This document shows positions 1-9,553 of a DNA stretch of 64,000 bases, piece after piece. Source of the DNA: Candidatus Nanoarchaeia archaeon (lineage in GTDB: Archaea > Nanobdellota > Nanobdellia > Pacearchaeales > GW2011-AR1); the NCBI GenBank assembly GCA_035291345.1, contig DATDSF010000038.1, positions 23,845-87,844 on the forward strand, read 5' to 3'. The translations under genes and the position numbers were made by a program. Numbering within the stretch: the first letter of the stretch is position 1; every line of letters begins with the position of its first letter. The notes under the pieces were generated by a model. The model had not been told where the DNA came from and made no database searches. It was given only the letters and a program-made list of their open reading frames with translations.

Positions 1-30
1 TGATTTAGGAATTATTAATTCTTTGGACAT
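1..30 (-). CDS. 5' end of a gene running off the window (MSKELIIPKS...)
   Basis: ATG at 30 with GAAAGGA upstream and a TATATTTG box at 66-73. Confidence 0.5.
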   Translation of the reverse strand, partial: MSKELIIPKS

Positions 31-65
31 ATTTGTTTCCTTTCAAATTATTTTGATTGACAAAA

Positions 66-73
66 CAAATATA
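66..73 (-). promoter_or_regulatory. TAnnTTTG -7 promoter box (TATATTTG)
   Basis: Recurrent motif TATATTTGTTTTGTCAA in an intergenic gap, oriented with the downstream gene. Confidence 0.65.
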
Positions 74-83
74 ATACATCTGA

Positions 84-311
84 CTATTCAAGTGCAGTTT
101 TTAGCTTAGTGAAGATTTTTTGATGCATAATATAAAGAGACATAGGTTTCACATCAAGAATTCTACTAATTTCTTTTATTGATAAACCATCTCTATATTT
201 GAGGATTAGTAGCGTACGTTCTCTTTCTGGTAATTTCTTTAATAATTCAAGAAGTTTTTGATTAGTTTCTTCTTGTTCAAATTGTTCCTGTATATCTATA
301 CAATTATCCAT
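84..311 (-). CDS. sigma-70 region 4 HTH protein (stand-alone)
   Basis: LKKLPERERTLLILKYRDGLSIKEISRIL is a typical sigma region 4 signature. Confidence 0.75.
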   Translation of the reverse strand: MDNCIDIQEQFEQEETNQKLLELLKKLPERERTLLILKYRDGLSIKEISRILDVKPMSLYIMHQKIFTKLKTALE

Positions 312-1601
312 TTAAAACTCATCTGAATCAGAAATATCAATTGTTTTTAACTTTTTTGATATCTTTACTTTACTTTCAAGTATTTTAAATTGTTCACCAT
401 TTAAGATTATATCAGTACTTGTATTAGTAGCTAAGCTAGAATCTATATATTCTTCAACTTTCATTTTAGACTTAGCTTTAATTTTAATAACTTCAATTGA
501 TTTTTCAATATTATTAATATAATCAAATGAAAAAATATAATAAATGAACATAAGCCCTCTTAAGTATTGATTAATATTATTTCTACAATAGATTATTATT
601 TTCTCCAAAGTCTTAATATCAATATTACTATGCAGACCCAAATTAAAATACTTATTATAGCTTTCATCTTTTTTTACTCTGTAAAGAATCTTCCAATGAT
701 CTATCAACTATAAACATAATAACTGCCCAAATACAATGATTTAAATCAGGATATAATTTAGTAAGTTTCTTTTTAATTATTTGTTTCTTGTACTCAAATT
801 TATCATACTTAAAAAACTCAACAATTGAATTCATTGCTCCATAGTCACTAAGACATAAAGTAATATCTCCACAATGATGAGGTGGAACATCTAATAACTT
901 AAACTCTATAACCCTCAATTTACCCTTCTTTAGAAGCTTAGACCTTTTCAAAGTTTTCAATAAAGCCATTAAGTATTCATCATGATTGGGGATATAATAT
1001 ATCCTTCTATTTATTGAATAATAATCAATGAAGTTTTTAACAGATAGAGCATGAATAGATTTAATCTTTTTCAAACATTTATAAAGTTTATGATATTGCT
1101 CTATTAATATACTATTTGGAATTTGCATAATAAAATGCCTTCAATTTATTGTATAGATACATTAAAAATTATCCGAGCAATTGGTCTTAATTGCTTCAAT
1201 TAGAGAATATCTTGACATCTTTAATCTTGCAGCAGCATTAACAATAATATAAGTAAGTTCTTCCATTAACAGTTGAGCTTCTTCATTATTAATATGCATC
1301 TCTTCTGACAACTCAGAAGTTATCTCATTTGTAAAACAACGATCCACTTCCCATTTCATTCTAGCATCTAAAAATCCACGTGTATTTTTAAATTTTGAAA
1401 TAATGAATGGGTCATTAATAGCTTGAAATTCATCATAAATAGATTTATTTTTAACTCTTCTTTCTTCAAGATCTGAAGTATTAAAATTATCATTAATACC
1501 TTCAGATAAAACAGATAAAAGGGTTTGAGATGAATCTTTTTTATTGAGCACTATTGCTAATACAGTTTTTGCCATTTTAAACCTCAATTTTAATTACAAT
1601 A

Positions 1602-1609
1602 CAAATTTA
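1602..1609 (-). promoter_or_regulatory. TAnnTTTG box (TAAATTTG)
   Basis: Intergenic, about 27 nt upstream of the likely ATG at 1575. Confidence 0.5.
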
Positions 1610-3813
1610 ATACTACTTAGTTCTTTTATATGACATACTTGTTAATTCAATTACAGTTGATACAACCCCTCGATATTTTTGTTTATCAAGACCATTAACT
1701 TCCATGAAAAAATCCACTGCTAGTTCATAAGAATCAGCATATACTCTCGTTATATACTTTTTGGGATCACAAGAATACCCTACAATAAATAAATATTCTT
1801 TCATAAACCTATTTTCCTTGAGAATAATCTTTTTATTTCATAACTGAATTGACCTTCAGCAAATTGTGAAGCCCAATCTTTTACTATTTCTTTATTATGA
1901 TGACCATAAGCAATTACTTTATTAACTTTGTTAATAACAGCATAATACTGTTCTTTCTGAGTTGGTTTAAGTAAATCAATTAATATTATTTCGTAATCTA
2001 CATCTAATATCATATCACTCTCAATTGCCCACTCATCTGCCCAAGTTTTAACAGCTTGTTCGTCATGATTACCATAGGCAATTACTCTATTATGTTTATT
2101 AACTACAATATAATATGGATTTTCAATAGGTAGCATATCATCTAGTTCAAACTCACCTAATTCTTGAAACTTAGGGTCTTGATTAAAAGCATTTTGACTC
2201 TGAATTAAAGCATTTTGACTTAATTGAGCATGATAATCTTCTTTCATCATTTCAAGTTGATTCTTTGATTTTTTTAATTCAAGTTCAAGATCTTGAATAT
2301 ATTGAAATAGTGAAAGAACTGCACCATCTCCAGTAAAATTTCTCCAATTACCACCATATCTTAAACAAATAAAAGAACCAATCTCATCATCATGTTTAAA
2401 AGTATACTTTCCATCACAAAGTGATATAGTATTTATCATTATATGTCAAACCTCCAATTAAGAGAATCAATAGCAGTAAAAAGTTGTTTTTGAGTAATAT
2501 GAGAGAATTTAAGTTTATAATAACTAAGTGAGTTTCTGAACCTCAATGCTTTTTTTGATACAGAATAAATATCTGATCTTACATAAGTACCTAAAGGTTT
2601 AGCATAAACATGGTAATAAAACTTCTTAGTCTTCTTTTGTTTATTTTCTCTCCAATAAACAACAATGACCTTTTTTGGTTTTGTACCTATACAAGTATTC
2701 TTACCTATACACATTCCATAAATACCTAAAGGCTTTCTTTTTCTCATTTAATATCTTTCCTAAATTTTATAAATGAAGTCATCTCATTATATAACCAAGT
2801 ATATCCTTTGATTTGATGGTCCTGTATTAGAGGACGACCAGATAAAACAGCCTCATAATACCTAGAATTTTCCCTTTCCAATATATCTTCAATTAAATAT
2901 GGGAGCTCATTAAGGGTTGGCATATTTTTATCTACTAGTGATAATGGACCTACTGGGATATCACCTTTTAAAACTCTTTCAAAGAAAACAAGGTTTGCTT
3001 TCTCATAAGCCTCTTTAACTACTCTGTGATAGTAATAATCTCTCAATAACAAAAGCATTTGCATGAAAGCATGAGACTGAGTCAAATTATAATTTTCTTC
3101 AATAAACTTTCTCAAAGACTTTATAAAAAGTCTCTGGGACATAAAATTTGAACTTTCATAAATCGAAGTATTTGCAGATTTCATATGATTAATAGGGTTT
3201 TTTGCCATATCATCCTTCCATTAATTCTTCATAACTATCTGTTTCAATAAGAAGCAGCCATTTACTGATATCAGTATCAAATAAATCTTTATTTGATACA
3301 TAAAGTTTAAATTCTTCGAGCAATTGATCCTGAATAGGTTGATTATTAAGCCCTTCATCTAGAGAAATAAAAAGCGCTTTAAGTAATGTTATTTGAGTAT
3401 GATGAACACCTGGATAAAGCTCTTTCAATTCCTTAATAGAACAGTTAAATTGTCCTTCTAATTGATACTCTTCTCCTGCACCAGTATATAAACATCTGTA
3501 GAGGTAATCAATTTTATGAGGATTATGATTTCTATTCTCAATATAAATATCATATTGTTCTTTAGTCAATTCACCACCCCAATTCTTTTGAAATTTCTGA
3601 AGTAAATCCACCTTTTTCTTTCAGAGTGTCTGAAAATAAATCTCCCAAACTTTTACCTTCACTAGTAATTAAATCTTTCCTAAACATTAAAGTACCAGAA
3701 GGAGCAAACCTCCAATTCCTACAAAGGGTATACTGATCCATAGCTTTTATAGTTTCAGCTATACTATCAATTTGTTGTTGAGTTAATTCTGCCATATTTT
3801 CCTCAAATTTAAT

Positions 3814-3884
3814 GCCTTTATAGGGGGCGGAAATTCATCCTACCCCTATTGGTGAGTGAGTCATATTGCAAAGGCTAGGCAATA
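3814..3884 (-). ncRNA. structured leader / candidate pseudoknot RNA
   Basis: Stems TATTGC/GCAATA (3864-69/3879-84) and ATAGGGG/CCCCTAT (3820-26/3843-49); loop AAAGGC (3870-75) is complementary to GCCTTT (3814-19); TATATTTG box at 3915-22. Confidence 0.4.
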
Positions 3885-4940
3885 CAAAAATCAAATTGTT
3901 TTAAATCAATAATTCAAATATAAAGCTTCGTTCTCAATTTATGTAAAAATTTGCTGAAAATTGAGTATTTGATTTGATCATTCTTTATATCAACTAATAT
4001 TGAAATTCTTTCTTCTAGAGAAAACATTTTATTATCCCTTGAAGTTCTTGGCATATTAATTTTGTCAAGCAGTGTATGACACTTATTAATAGTCTCAACA
4101 CTTTCTCTTAGCTTAAACTTTAATAACTCGTTCTGGTCCATTTAACCTCAGTTAATATTACGGTTCCTTTTATCGATAGATACAATTTTTGGCTGAGAAG
4201 CTACAAAGGTTAGACCTTTTAAGATTTCATTATTAGGTTCAAAATCATTATTAAAAGAATCAATAAAGTCCGAATGCACATCCAATTTCTTATGCTTAAG
4301 TAAGAATTTTATTACTTCTTCAGTTAAAGGATGGAGCTCTGGATAATTCTTTTGAATAATAGCTTGAGAATTTTCAGGAGTCATGTTCCAAATTGCAGCA
4401 ATTTCAGGAGCTACTGCCATTTCTATAAATACATTTTTAGTATTGTTTTCACTTGAAATGATATTAATAACTTTAATAACACCAAAATTATTCCCATCTC
4501 TTTCAAGATTAAAAAAGAATTGTTTCTTGTTAATCTTTACTTCAACTTCCAGAACCGGCATGTTTTTAATTGTTACTTCCATTATAGTACTCTCGTGATT
4601 TTATTGAATAATATTTTTATTGATTGATAACTCTCGATAAGCTTTGGCAATATCTAAATTAAACCTAAAGTGTTTAATATTTTTAATTGCAATAAATAGT
4701 CTATTAGTTCTGCCTATTAAAAAAATTAAACCATTGATAAATTTTGAACTTCTTTCATGTTGAATGATTTCATCTAGACTTGGTACATATATATCCATCC
4801 ATCTTTGTTCTTTTTTTCGCAGTTGAATTATTTCATGGTACCAATTTGATGAAATTGAAATATAAATAAAAAATGCAAACAACCCCATTAATATCAATAA
4901 TGCTTCTAAACCATTCATTTTAAAAATCCTTTAAAAAATA

Positions 4941-5020
4941 AAGCCGGAGTGTTTATTGTGACCCTCACAATACACAAATTAACGCTTTACCCGATTGTTT
5001 AGTGTTAAAATCTCCGGCTT
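4941..5020. ncRNA. candidate three-way-junction structured RNA
   Basis: Closing stem AAGCCGGAG/CTCCGGCTT with two internal hairpins (ATTGTG/CACAAT; TTAACGCT/AGTGTTAA). Confidence 0.4.
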
Positions 5021-5751
5021 AAACTTATTCTTCATCTCCTGCTTTAATTGCTTTATCTTTTCTGCGTATGGCAAAAGGTAATAAGATTAGACCTATTATC
5101 AAGAACAATAGATATAATAGAGAATATAAAGCACAAAACTTTATAAAATAATCTCCAGTTAATATAATTATTGACCACTGATTTGTGATTTCAATTGTTT
5201 CTATTCCAATTACTGCAAGACAACGTATAGCAGCCTCAAAGACCAAAAGGAAAATAAAAGAAGCTAGAGCAAAAGAGAAAAAGAATATTGAGGGTCTCCA
5301 AATTGGTTCATCTAAATACTTTTGCCATTGAGTTCTTGTGTCTTCAACAGGTTTAGATGAAGGACCTCCTATTCCACCTCTTCTACCTCTTCTGAAAAAG
5401 ATTGGAGCAAATAACATTGGTGAGATCATATCTATTATCCTTATTTTATTTCCATTCATTTAAATTTTCAATTATGCATTCTTCAAGCTTATCAAAAACC
5501 TCTTTAGAAACATTTACTGTTGTGTGTTCATCCATTATAACTGAAAACCCATCATCTGCAATATATTGATAAGCGTTTATAACCTTTAATCCTTTTTTTG
5601 AAGACTCGAGCCGTAAACAAGCATTTGTACCAATATTTTTCTTAAAAGCAAATATAATCTTTCTTTTTCTAAAAATGCCTTTATGCACAACGCAATAATG
5701 AGTACAAGTCTTCAGAGTTGAATAAGCTTTTTCTTCAAAGTTCATAATAAC

Positions 5752-6417
5752 CTACTTAATTTTCACAAAACCAATTAATTTAATATCTCTGATCATTTTT
5801 TTCATCCAAAGCTCACTGGTAATTTTAATTGTTTTATCTTTGTATAGTTCAGAATAAGCTCCATAATAACGCGTAATAATTCTGCCTAATAAATCAGCCC
5901 CTGGTTTATGAATTTCTTCATTAATAATATATCTTAAAATATAAGCCGCAGCTTCAATATTAACTTCTGGTATATAAAGATCATTTCTGTTTTCAGCAAT
6001 TTTTTTATTTATTAATTTATCACTCCAGTATTCCCAAACCACCCCACCTAGACCAATTGCATTTGTTTCTTTACCTTTTACAAATATCTTTGGGTGATTA
6101 ATCATCCATCTATAATCTGACTCAACCCTAAATATTGAATGAAGCATTCCAACCGGAATTGAATATTCTTTTGAAGCCTTCTCGATTGAACCAATAAAAT
6201 CTTTATTGACTCTTTTTGAAATATACCCATACATCTCAATGTCTTCTTTTACAAATTGAAGATCAGAACGAAATAGATCTTGTTTGAATGAAATAAGTAA
6301 TTGATCCCTCTCGTCCTTTAGACTTTTTATATAAAAACTTCCGGCAAATACTAAGAATACTATTAAGACGACTAAAGACCACTCAAACCATGAAAGTTTT
6401 TTATTGAGCTCTAGCAT
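5752..6417 (-). CDS. membrane-anchored lytic transglycosylase (SLT family)
   Basis: N-terminal TM helix; SIFRVES catalytic Glu motif, AIGLGGV, NIEAAAYIL, RYYG; start moved to 6417 because the listed start overlaps a promoter box. Confidence 0.75.
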   Translation of the reverse strand: MLELNKKLSWFEWSLVVLIVFLVFAGSFYIKSLKDERDQLLISFKQDLFRSDLQFVKEDIEMYGYISKRVNKDFIGSIEKASKEYSIPVGMLHSIFRVESDYRWMINHPKIFVKGKETNAIGLGGVVWEYWSDKLINKKIAENRNDLYIPEVNIEAAAYILRYIINEEIHKPGADLLGRIITRYYGAYSELYKDKTIKITSELWMKKMIRDIKLIGFVKIK

Positions 6418-6444
6418 ATAATACCTTTTTTTTAATTGATAAAA

Positions 6445-6452
6445 CAAAATTA
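6445..6452 (-). promoter_or_regulatory. TAnnTTTG box (TAATTTTG)
   Basis: AATTGATAAAACAAAATTAATACTAC is duplicated at 6969-6994. Confidence 0.6.
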
Positions 6453-6455
6453 ATA

Positions 6456-6950
6456 CTACCTTGTCTTTAAATTCAAATCAATGGTATTAATAATTGAATT
6501 CTTTGGTATATAGAATCTAAATTCAGCATTACATAATGACTTAGCGTATGAGTCAGAAGAAAAATACTGTGATACAAAATTATTAATATCAGTAATTTGA
6601 ACATTGCCAGAAGATAAAGCCATATTCATTGATTTAGTGTTTAAGAAAACATACAAATGCAAATGCTCATTAGACTCTATTATGGTAACAAATCTTGCAG
6701 GAATATTTAATGGATATATAATTCCATACCTTTCAACATAACAAGAATATATCATTTCTTGACCTGATTGAGATTGATATGAACCTATACCCAAAAAGAA
6801 TTGACCTGATCCATTTCCATGTGTTTGAGATGATACTACTAACTGTTTTAAGTTAAAAGTGCCCATAGCTTGACTAATCCAAGGCTGGCTCTTAATTACA
6901 ATTGAAGTAAAAAACAACATTAATGCAATTATTAGTGTCTTTTTGCACAT
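6456..6950 (-). CDS. hypothetical secreted/membrane protein
   Basis: N-terminal signal-like hydrophobic stretch; GSGQFFLGIGS motif. Confidence 0.55.
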   Translation of the reverse strand: MCKKTLIIALMLFFTSIVIKSQPWISQAMGTFNLKQLVVSSQTHGNGSGQFFLGIGSYQSQSGQEMIYSCYVERYGIIYPLNIPARFVTIIESNEHLHLYVFLNTKSMNMALSSGNVQITDINNFVSQYFSSDSYAKSLCNAEFRFYIPKNSIINTIDLNLKTR

Positions 6951-6979
6951 AATTTTATCTCTTTTAAAAATTGATAAAA

Positions 6980-6987
6980 CAAAATTA
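6980..6987 (-). promoter_or_regulatory. TAnnTTTG box (TAATTTTG)
   Basis: Duplicate of the 6445 promoter. Confidence 0.6.
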
Positions 6988-7011
6988 ATACTACAGCTGC
7001 TAAAACTTATC

Positions 7012-7212
7012 TTACTTTCTCAAAGGTCTGATAACAATAGTGTCTGAAAGGAAAAGATTATTTTTAAGACTTTGAATAGATTTTAAAACATTTGATTCTT
7101 TTTTATAGCCTTCACTTTGAGCCATAATTTTTCCATTTCTTGAAACAATAGAAAAATACCATTGATTATTCTTTGAGGATTTTTTAACAATTATCTTAAG
7201 AGCAGCTTTCAT
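7012..7212 (-). CDS. YegP/DUF1508 family protein
   Basis: QWYFSIVSRNGKIMAQSEGY...IQSLK signature. Confidence 0.8.
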   Translation of the reverse strand: MKAALKIIVKKSSKNNQWYFSIVSRNGKIMAQSEGYKKESNVLKSIQSLKNNLFLSDTIVIRPLRK

Positions 7213-7226
7213 GATTAGCCTTTTGT

Positions 7227-7526
7227 TTAGTTTTTATTATCTTCAGAATAAAATTCTTCTATATTATCTTCAAGGAGTCTACCTCTATCAATTGGATAAT
7301 AGATGATCTCTAAACCCATCTCATCTCTTTGAAGTTTCATTTTTGCAGCTTTTTTAATATCATCTGCGTAAATTTCTTTTCTTCTGTTTGTGCAGACTGC
7401 TGGACCTGTCCAAGAGAATCTTCCATGATAGTCTCTAACCGGAATATTAGCCTTAACCATTCTTTTAACAAATTGATTACATTTTTCATTATCATAAACC
7501 AAAGGTAATTTTATTTTTGTACTCAC
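7227..7526 (-). CDS. hypothetical protein
   Basis: ORF; YHGRFSWTGPAV and DEMGLEIIYYP motifs, function unknown. Confidence 0.6.
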   Translation of the reverse strand: MSTKIKLPLVYDNEKCNQFVKRMVKANIPVRDYHGRFSWTGPAVCTNRRKEIYADDIKKAAKMKLQRDEMGLEIIYYPIDRGRLLEDNIEEFYSEDNKN

Positions 7527-7876
7527 TTTAAATGCTCCTTTAAGAATTCTTCATAATTAATAACAATGTGATCAGTCAACGCAGCTAAAGATTCTGAATC
7601 GTCTCCCATTTCAATATATTCTCTAATCATATCTTCTAGTAAATCATAGATGGAAATTAAGACTAATGGTACTGAATTTATTGAAATCTGAGCTAACATA
7701 TCATCATCAATTTCTTCAGCAATTTCAATATCATGAAAAGCTTTAAACTCACGAAAAGTTTCATCAAAATTAATGTTTTTAGATAAATAGACGCATCTAA
7801 GAGAGTGTATACCTCTTAATCTCTCAAGAGTAAATATAATACATTCATTTAACTCAGAAAGCTTAGGATCCAACAT
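7523..7876 (-). CDS. hypothetical acidic protein
   Basis: ATG at 7876 with GAGGA SD, downstream of the 7913 promoter. Confidence 0.6.
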   Translation of the reverse strand: MLDPKLSELNECIIFTLERLRGIHSLRCVYLSKNINFDETFREFKAFHDIEIAEEIDDDMLAQISINSVPLVLISIYDLLEDMIREYIEMGDDSESLAALTDHIVINYEEFLKEHLK

Positions 7877-7912
7877 TATATCCTCTTCAAATTTTATTTT
7901 AATTGGTAAAAA

Positions 7913-7920
7913 CAAATATA
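7913..7920 (-). promoter_or_regulatory. TAnnTTTG box; left copy of a 26-bp direct repeat flanking the RAMP cassette
   Basis: AATTGGTAAAAACAAATATAAGGCTT (7901-7926) vs AATTGATAAAAACAAATATAAGGCTT (9447-9472). Confidence 0.65.
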
Positions 7921-8014
7921 AGGCTTTTAAAATAATAAACTTAACTTAATTCAATTTAACAGAACTGAATATACTGTAACTTAATTCAATCGAATATAAA
8001 GTAAAAGACTTAAA

Positions 8015-8058
8015 AATCAAATTTGAGGCCTCTATTAGACTAGAGGCCTCAAACTTAA
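8015..8058. repeat. 44-bp repeat copy 1 with a 13-bp perfect hairpin
   Basis: AATCAAA-TTTGAGGCCTCTA-ttagac-TAGAGGCCTCAAA-CTTAA. Confidence 0.95.
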
Positions 8059-8184
8059 TATAATTGAATCTAATAAACTGAAACTGAACTAACCTGAATA
8101 AAGTGAAATTCAATTCAATAGAAGTTAATGCAATTCAATCTAATACAATTTAACTGAATCAATCTAGATATATTCAAATTTAAT

Positions 8185-8228
8185 AATCAAATTTGAGGCC
8201 TCTAATCTAGTAGAGGCCTCAAACTTAA
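8185..8228. repeat. 44-bp repeat copy 2 with a 13-bp perfect hairpin
   Basis: Identical to copy 1 except the 6-nt loop (atctag); offset exactly 170 bp. Confidence 0.95.
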
Positions 8229-8301
8229 CTTAATGAAATACAATCAAATCCACAGCAACTAAATATAGTAAAATAAAATGAAACCGAGCTTAATTGAATA
8301 A

Positions 8302-8832
8302 TTAAGATGTTGCAATTTTATTAGAAAAAGTTTTCTTGTAAAAATCAATGTCAGGAGTAAATAAAAGTTTATTTGACTTCTCTGGTGATTTAAGTGCGTT
8401 CAATGTTTTAACGCTTGAGAATTGTTTTAACATTCCAAATTGAGCAATCTTAGAAATATAAGTTTGACGTTGCTCAGCTGGGAGGGAATCAACATTTACT
8501 GATGTTAACTTTCTTATTGACCTAGATGCAGTCTTAGATATCCTCCTGCGTTCTCCATCTGTTAAATCTGATATCTCTGAAGGATTTAAGCACTTAATAC
8601 AATCTTGCTTATATAATCGTTTCCATACTAGTCCATTGTTTCTAAGTACATAAGAAATAGCAGACAATAAGAATTGATATCCACTTCTGCTAGGTCTAGT
8701 ATCTTTGTTGATTAAGATCATCATCTCTGCATCTGAAATAATGTCTCCTACTTGTTTTGAAGACAATAATGTAATCAACTGAGCAGTAAATACTGATTTA
8801 TGTGGAAAATGTCTAATTTCTTGTGTTTCCAT
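8302..8832 (-). CDS. basic accessory protein of the RAMP/array cassette (possible wHTH + helical domain)
   Basis: Likely start METQEIR at 8832, 1 nt after the RAMP stop; its stop codon abuts the array. Confidence 0.65.
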   Translation of the reverse strand: METQEIRHFPHKSVFTAQLITLLSSKQVGDIISDAEMMILINKDTRPSRSGYQFLLSAISYVLRNNGLVWKRLYKQDCIKCLNPSEISDLTDGERRRISKTASRSIRKLTSVNVDSLPAEQRQTYISKIAQFGMLKQFSSVKTLNALKSPEKSNKLLFTPDIDFYKKTFSNKIATS

Positions 8833-8833
8833 A

Positions 8834-9421
8834 TCATAACTCAACTTCTTTATATGATTTAACAAGAAAACGTCCATATTCTCCACCTTTTCTTGGACGC
8901 ATAGCCAACAATCCTACAAATTTACCGGCTTTATCAAGATATTCAATAACCTTTTCAGACCTATCAATCAAAATAGGATCAATAATTATGATTCTTGCTT
9001 TTCCAGTCCATTCTGTAATAACTGGAAATTTCTTCCATACCCTTGAACTTCCGCCCTTTTTACCATCAGAAGGTACAAACATTGGTAGATAACTTACTGC
9101 ACTTTCATCAATACCCAATTGGATATTTTCAGGAATTGATATGCCAGCTTCAAAATGTTTTGTGTAAGTTGCTTTGCCTTTACCAGGAACTGATTCTGAT
9201 AAAAATCTTGCACATTCAACTAAAGTGTTACTAAGTGCTCTACCAGGAATGTAAACTTCTTTAGTTGTTGGATCAAAATGAAGTCTTTCTTTCCAAGTCT
9301 TGTCTTCAAATTTTTCATGAGCATCTCCAGCTTCTTTTTTGGAGATAATAGGCTTATTATACAAAATTGGACTTGCGCTTGTTAATTCAACTTCAAAGCA
9401 TTTGATTGTTTCTTTTTTCAT
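8834..9421 (-). CDS. stand-alone Cas7-like RAMP protein
   Basis: N-terminal strand FEVELTSASPILY, YIPGRALSNTL (RAMP IPGSSLKG-like), thumb SDGKKGGSSRV, C-terminal Gly-rich loop VGLLAMRPRKGGEYGRF; start MKKET at 9421. Confidence 0.75.
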   Translation of the reverse strand: MKKETIKCFEVELTSASPILYNKPIISKKEAGDAHEKFEDKTWKERLHFDPTTKEVYIPGRALSNTLVECARFLSESVPGKGKATYTKHFEAGISIPENIQLGIDESAVSYLPMFVPSDGKKGGSSRVWKKFPVITEWTGKARIIIIDPILIDRSEKVIEYLDKAGKFVGLLAMRPRKGGEYGRFLVKSYKEVEL

Positions 9422-9458
9422 CTTTATACCCTTTTTAATTGTTTTTAATTGATAAAAA

Positions 9459-9466
9459 CAAATATA
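9459..9466 (-). promoter_or_regulatory. TAnnTTTG promoter of the RAMP cassette
   Basis: TATATTTG about 38 nt upstream of ATG 9421. Confidence 0.65.
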
Positions 9467-9553
9467 AGGCTTCACTCATATTAAACCTCATAAATTTAAT
9501 ATGGCGAAGCCTTTGGATTAAGAAGGAAAAGAGTGCTTTCTCAAAAAACCTTC

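Larger units (their letters stand above)
312..5745 (-). other. run of ~15 small, tightly packed hypothetical phage genes (some with predicted TM segments, e.g. 4601-4918, 5025-5459)
   Basis: Co-oriented abutting or overlapping ORFs of 63-212 aa; no motif recognised. Confidence 0.7.
7938..8301. ncRNA. pentamer-periodic array: three tracts of AAY-NN (minus strand NN-RTT) units separated by hairpins; candidate guide-RNA array
   Basis: Tracts 7938-7997 (12 units), 8052-8161 (22) and 8222-8301 (16). Position 1 is A in 50/50, AA in 43/50, position 3 is a pyrimidine in 48/50, positions 4-5 vary. No ORF. Confidence 0.8.

Noticed and set aside
8015..8228. Canonical CRISPR mini-array
   Set aside because: Only two repeats, the intervening 126 bp is far longer than a spacer and is itself periodic, and there are no adaptation or processing cas genes
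7938..8301. Simple microsatellite or pentapeptide-repeat coding sequence
   Set aside because: Period 5 nt is out of codon phase, there is no ORF, variation is largely confined to two positions and there are no slippage indels
8823..9234. Plus-strand ORFs 8823-9092 and 9043-9234
   Set aside because: Antisense shadows of the RAMP gene with no SD or motifs
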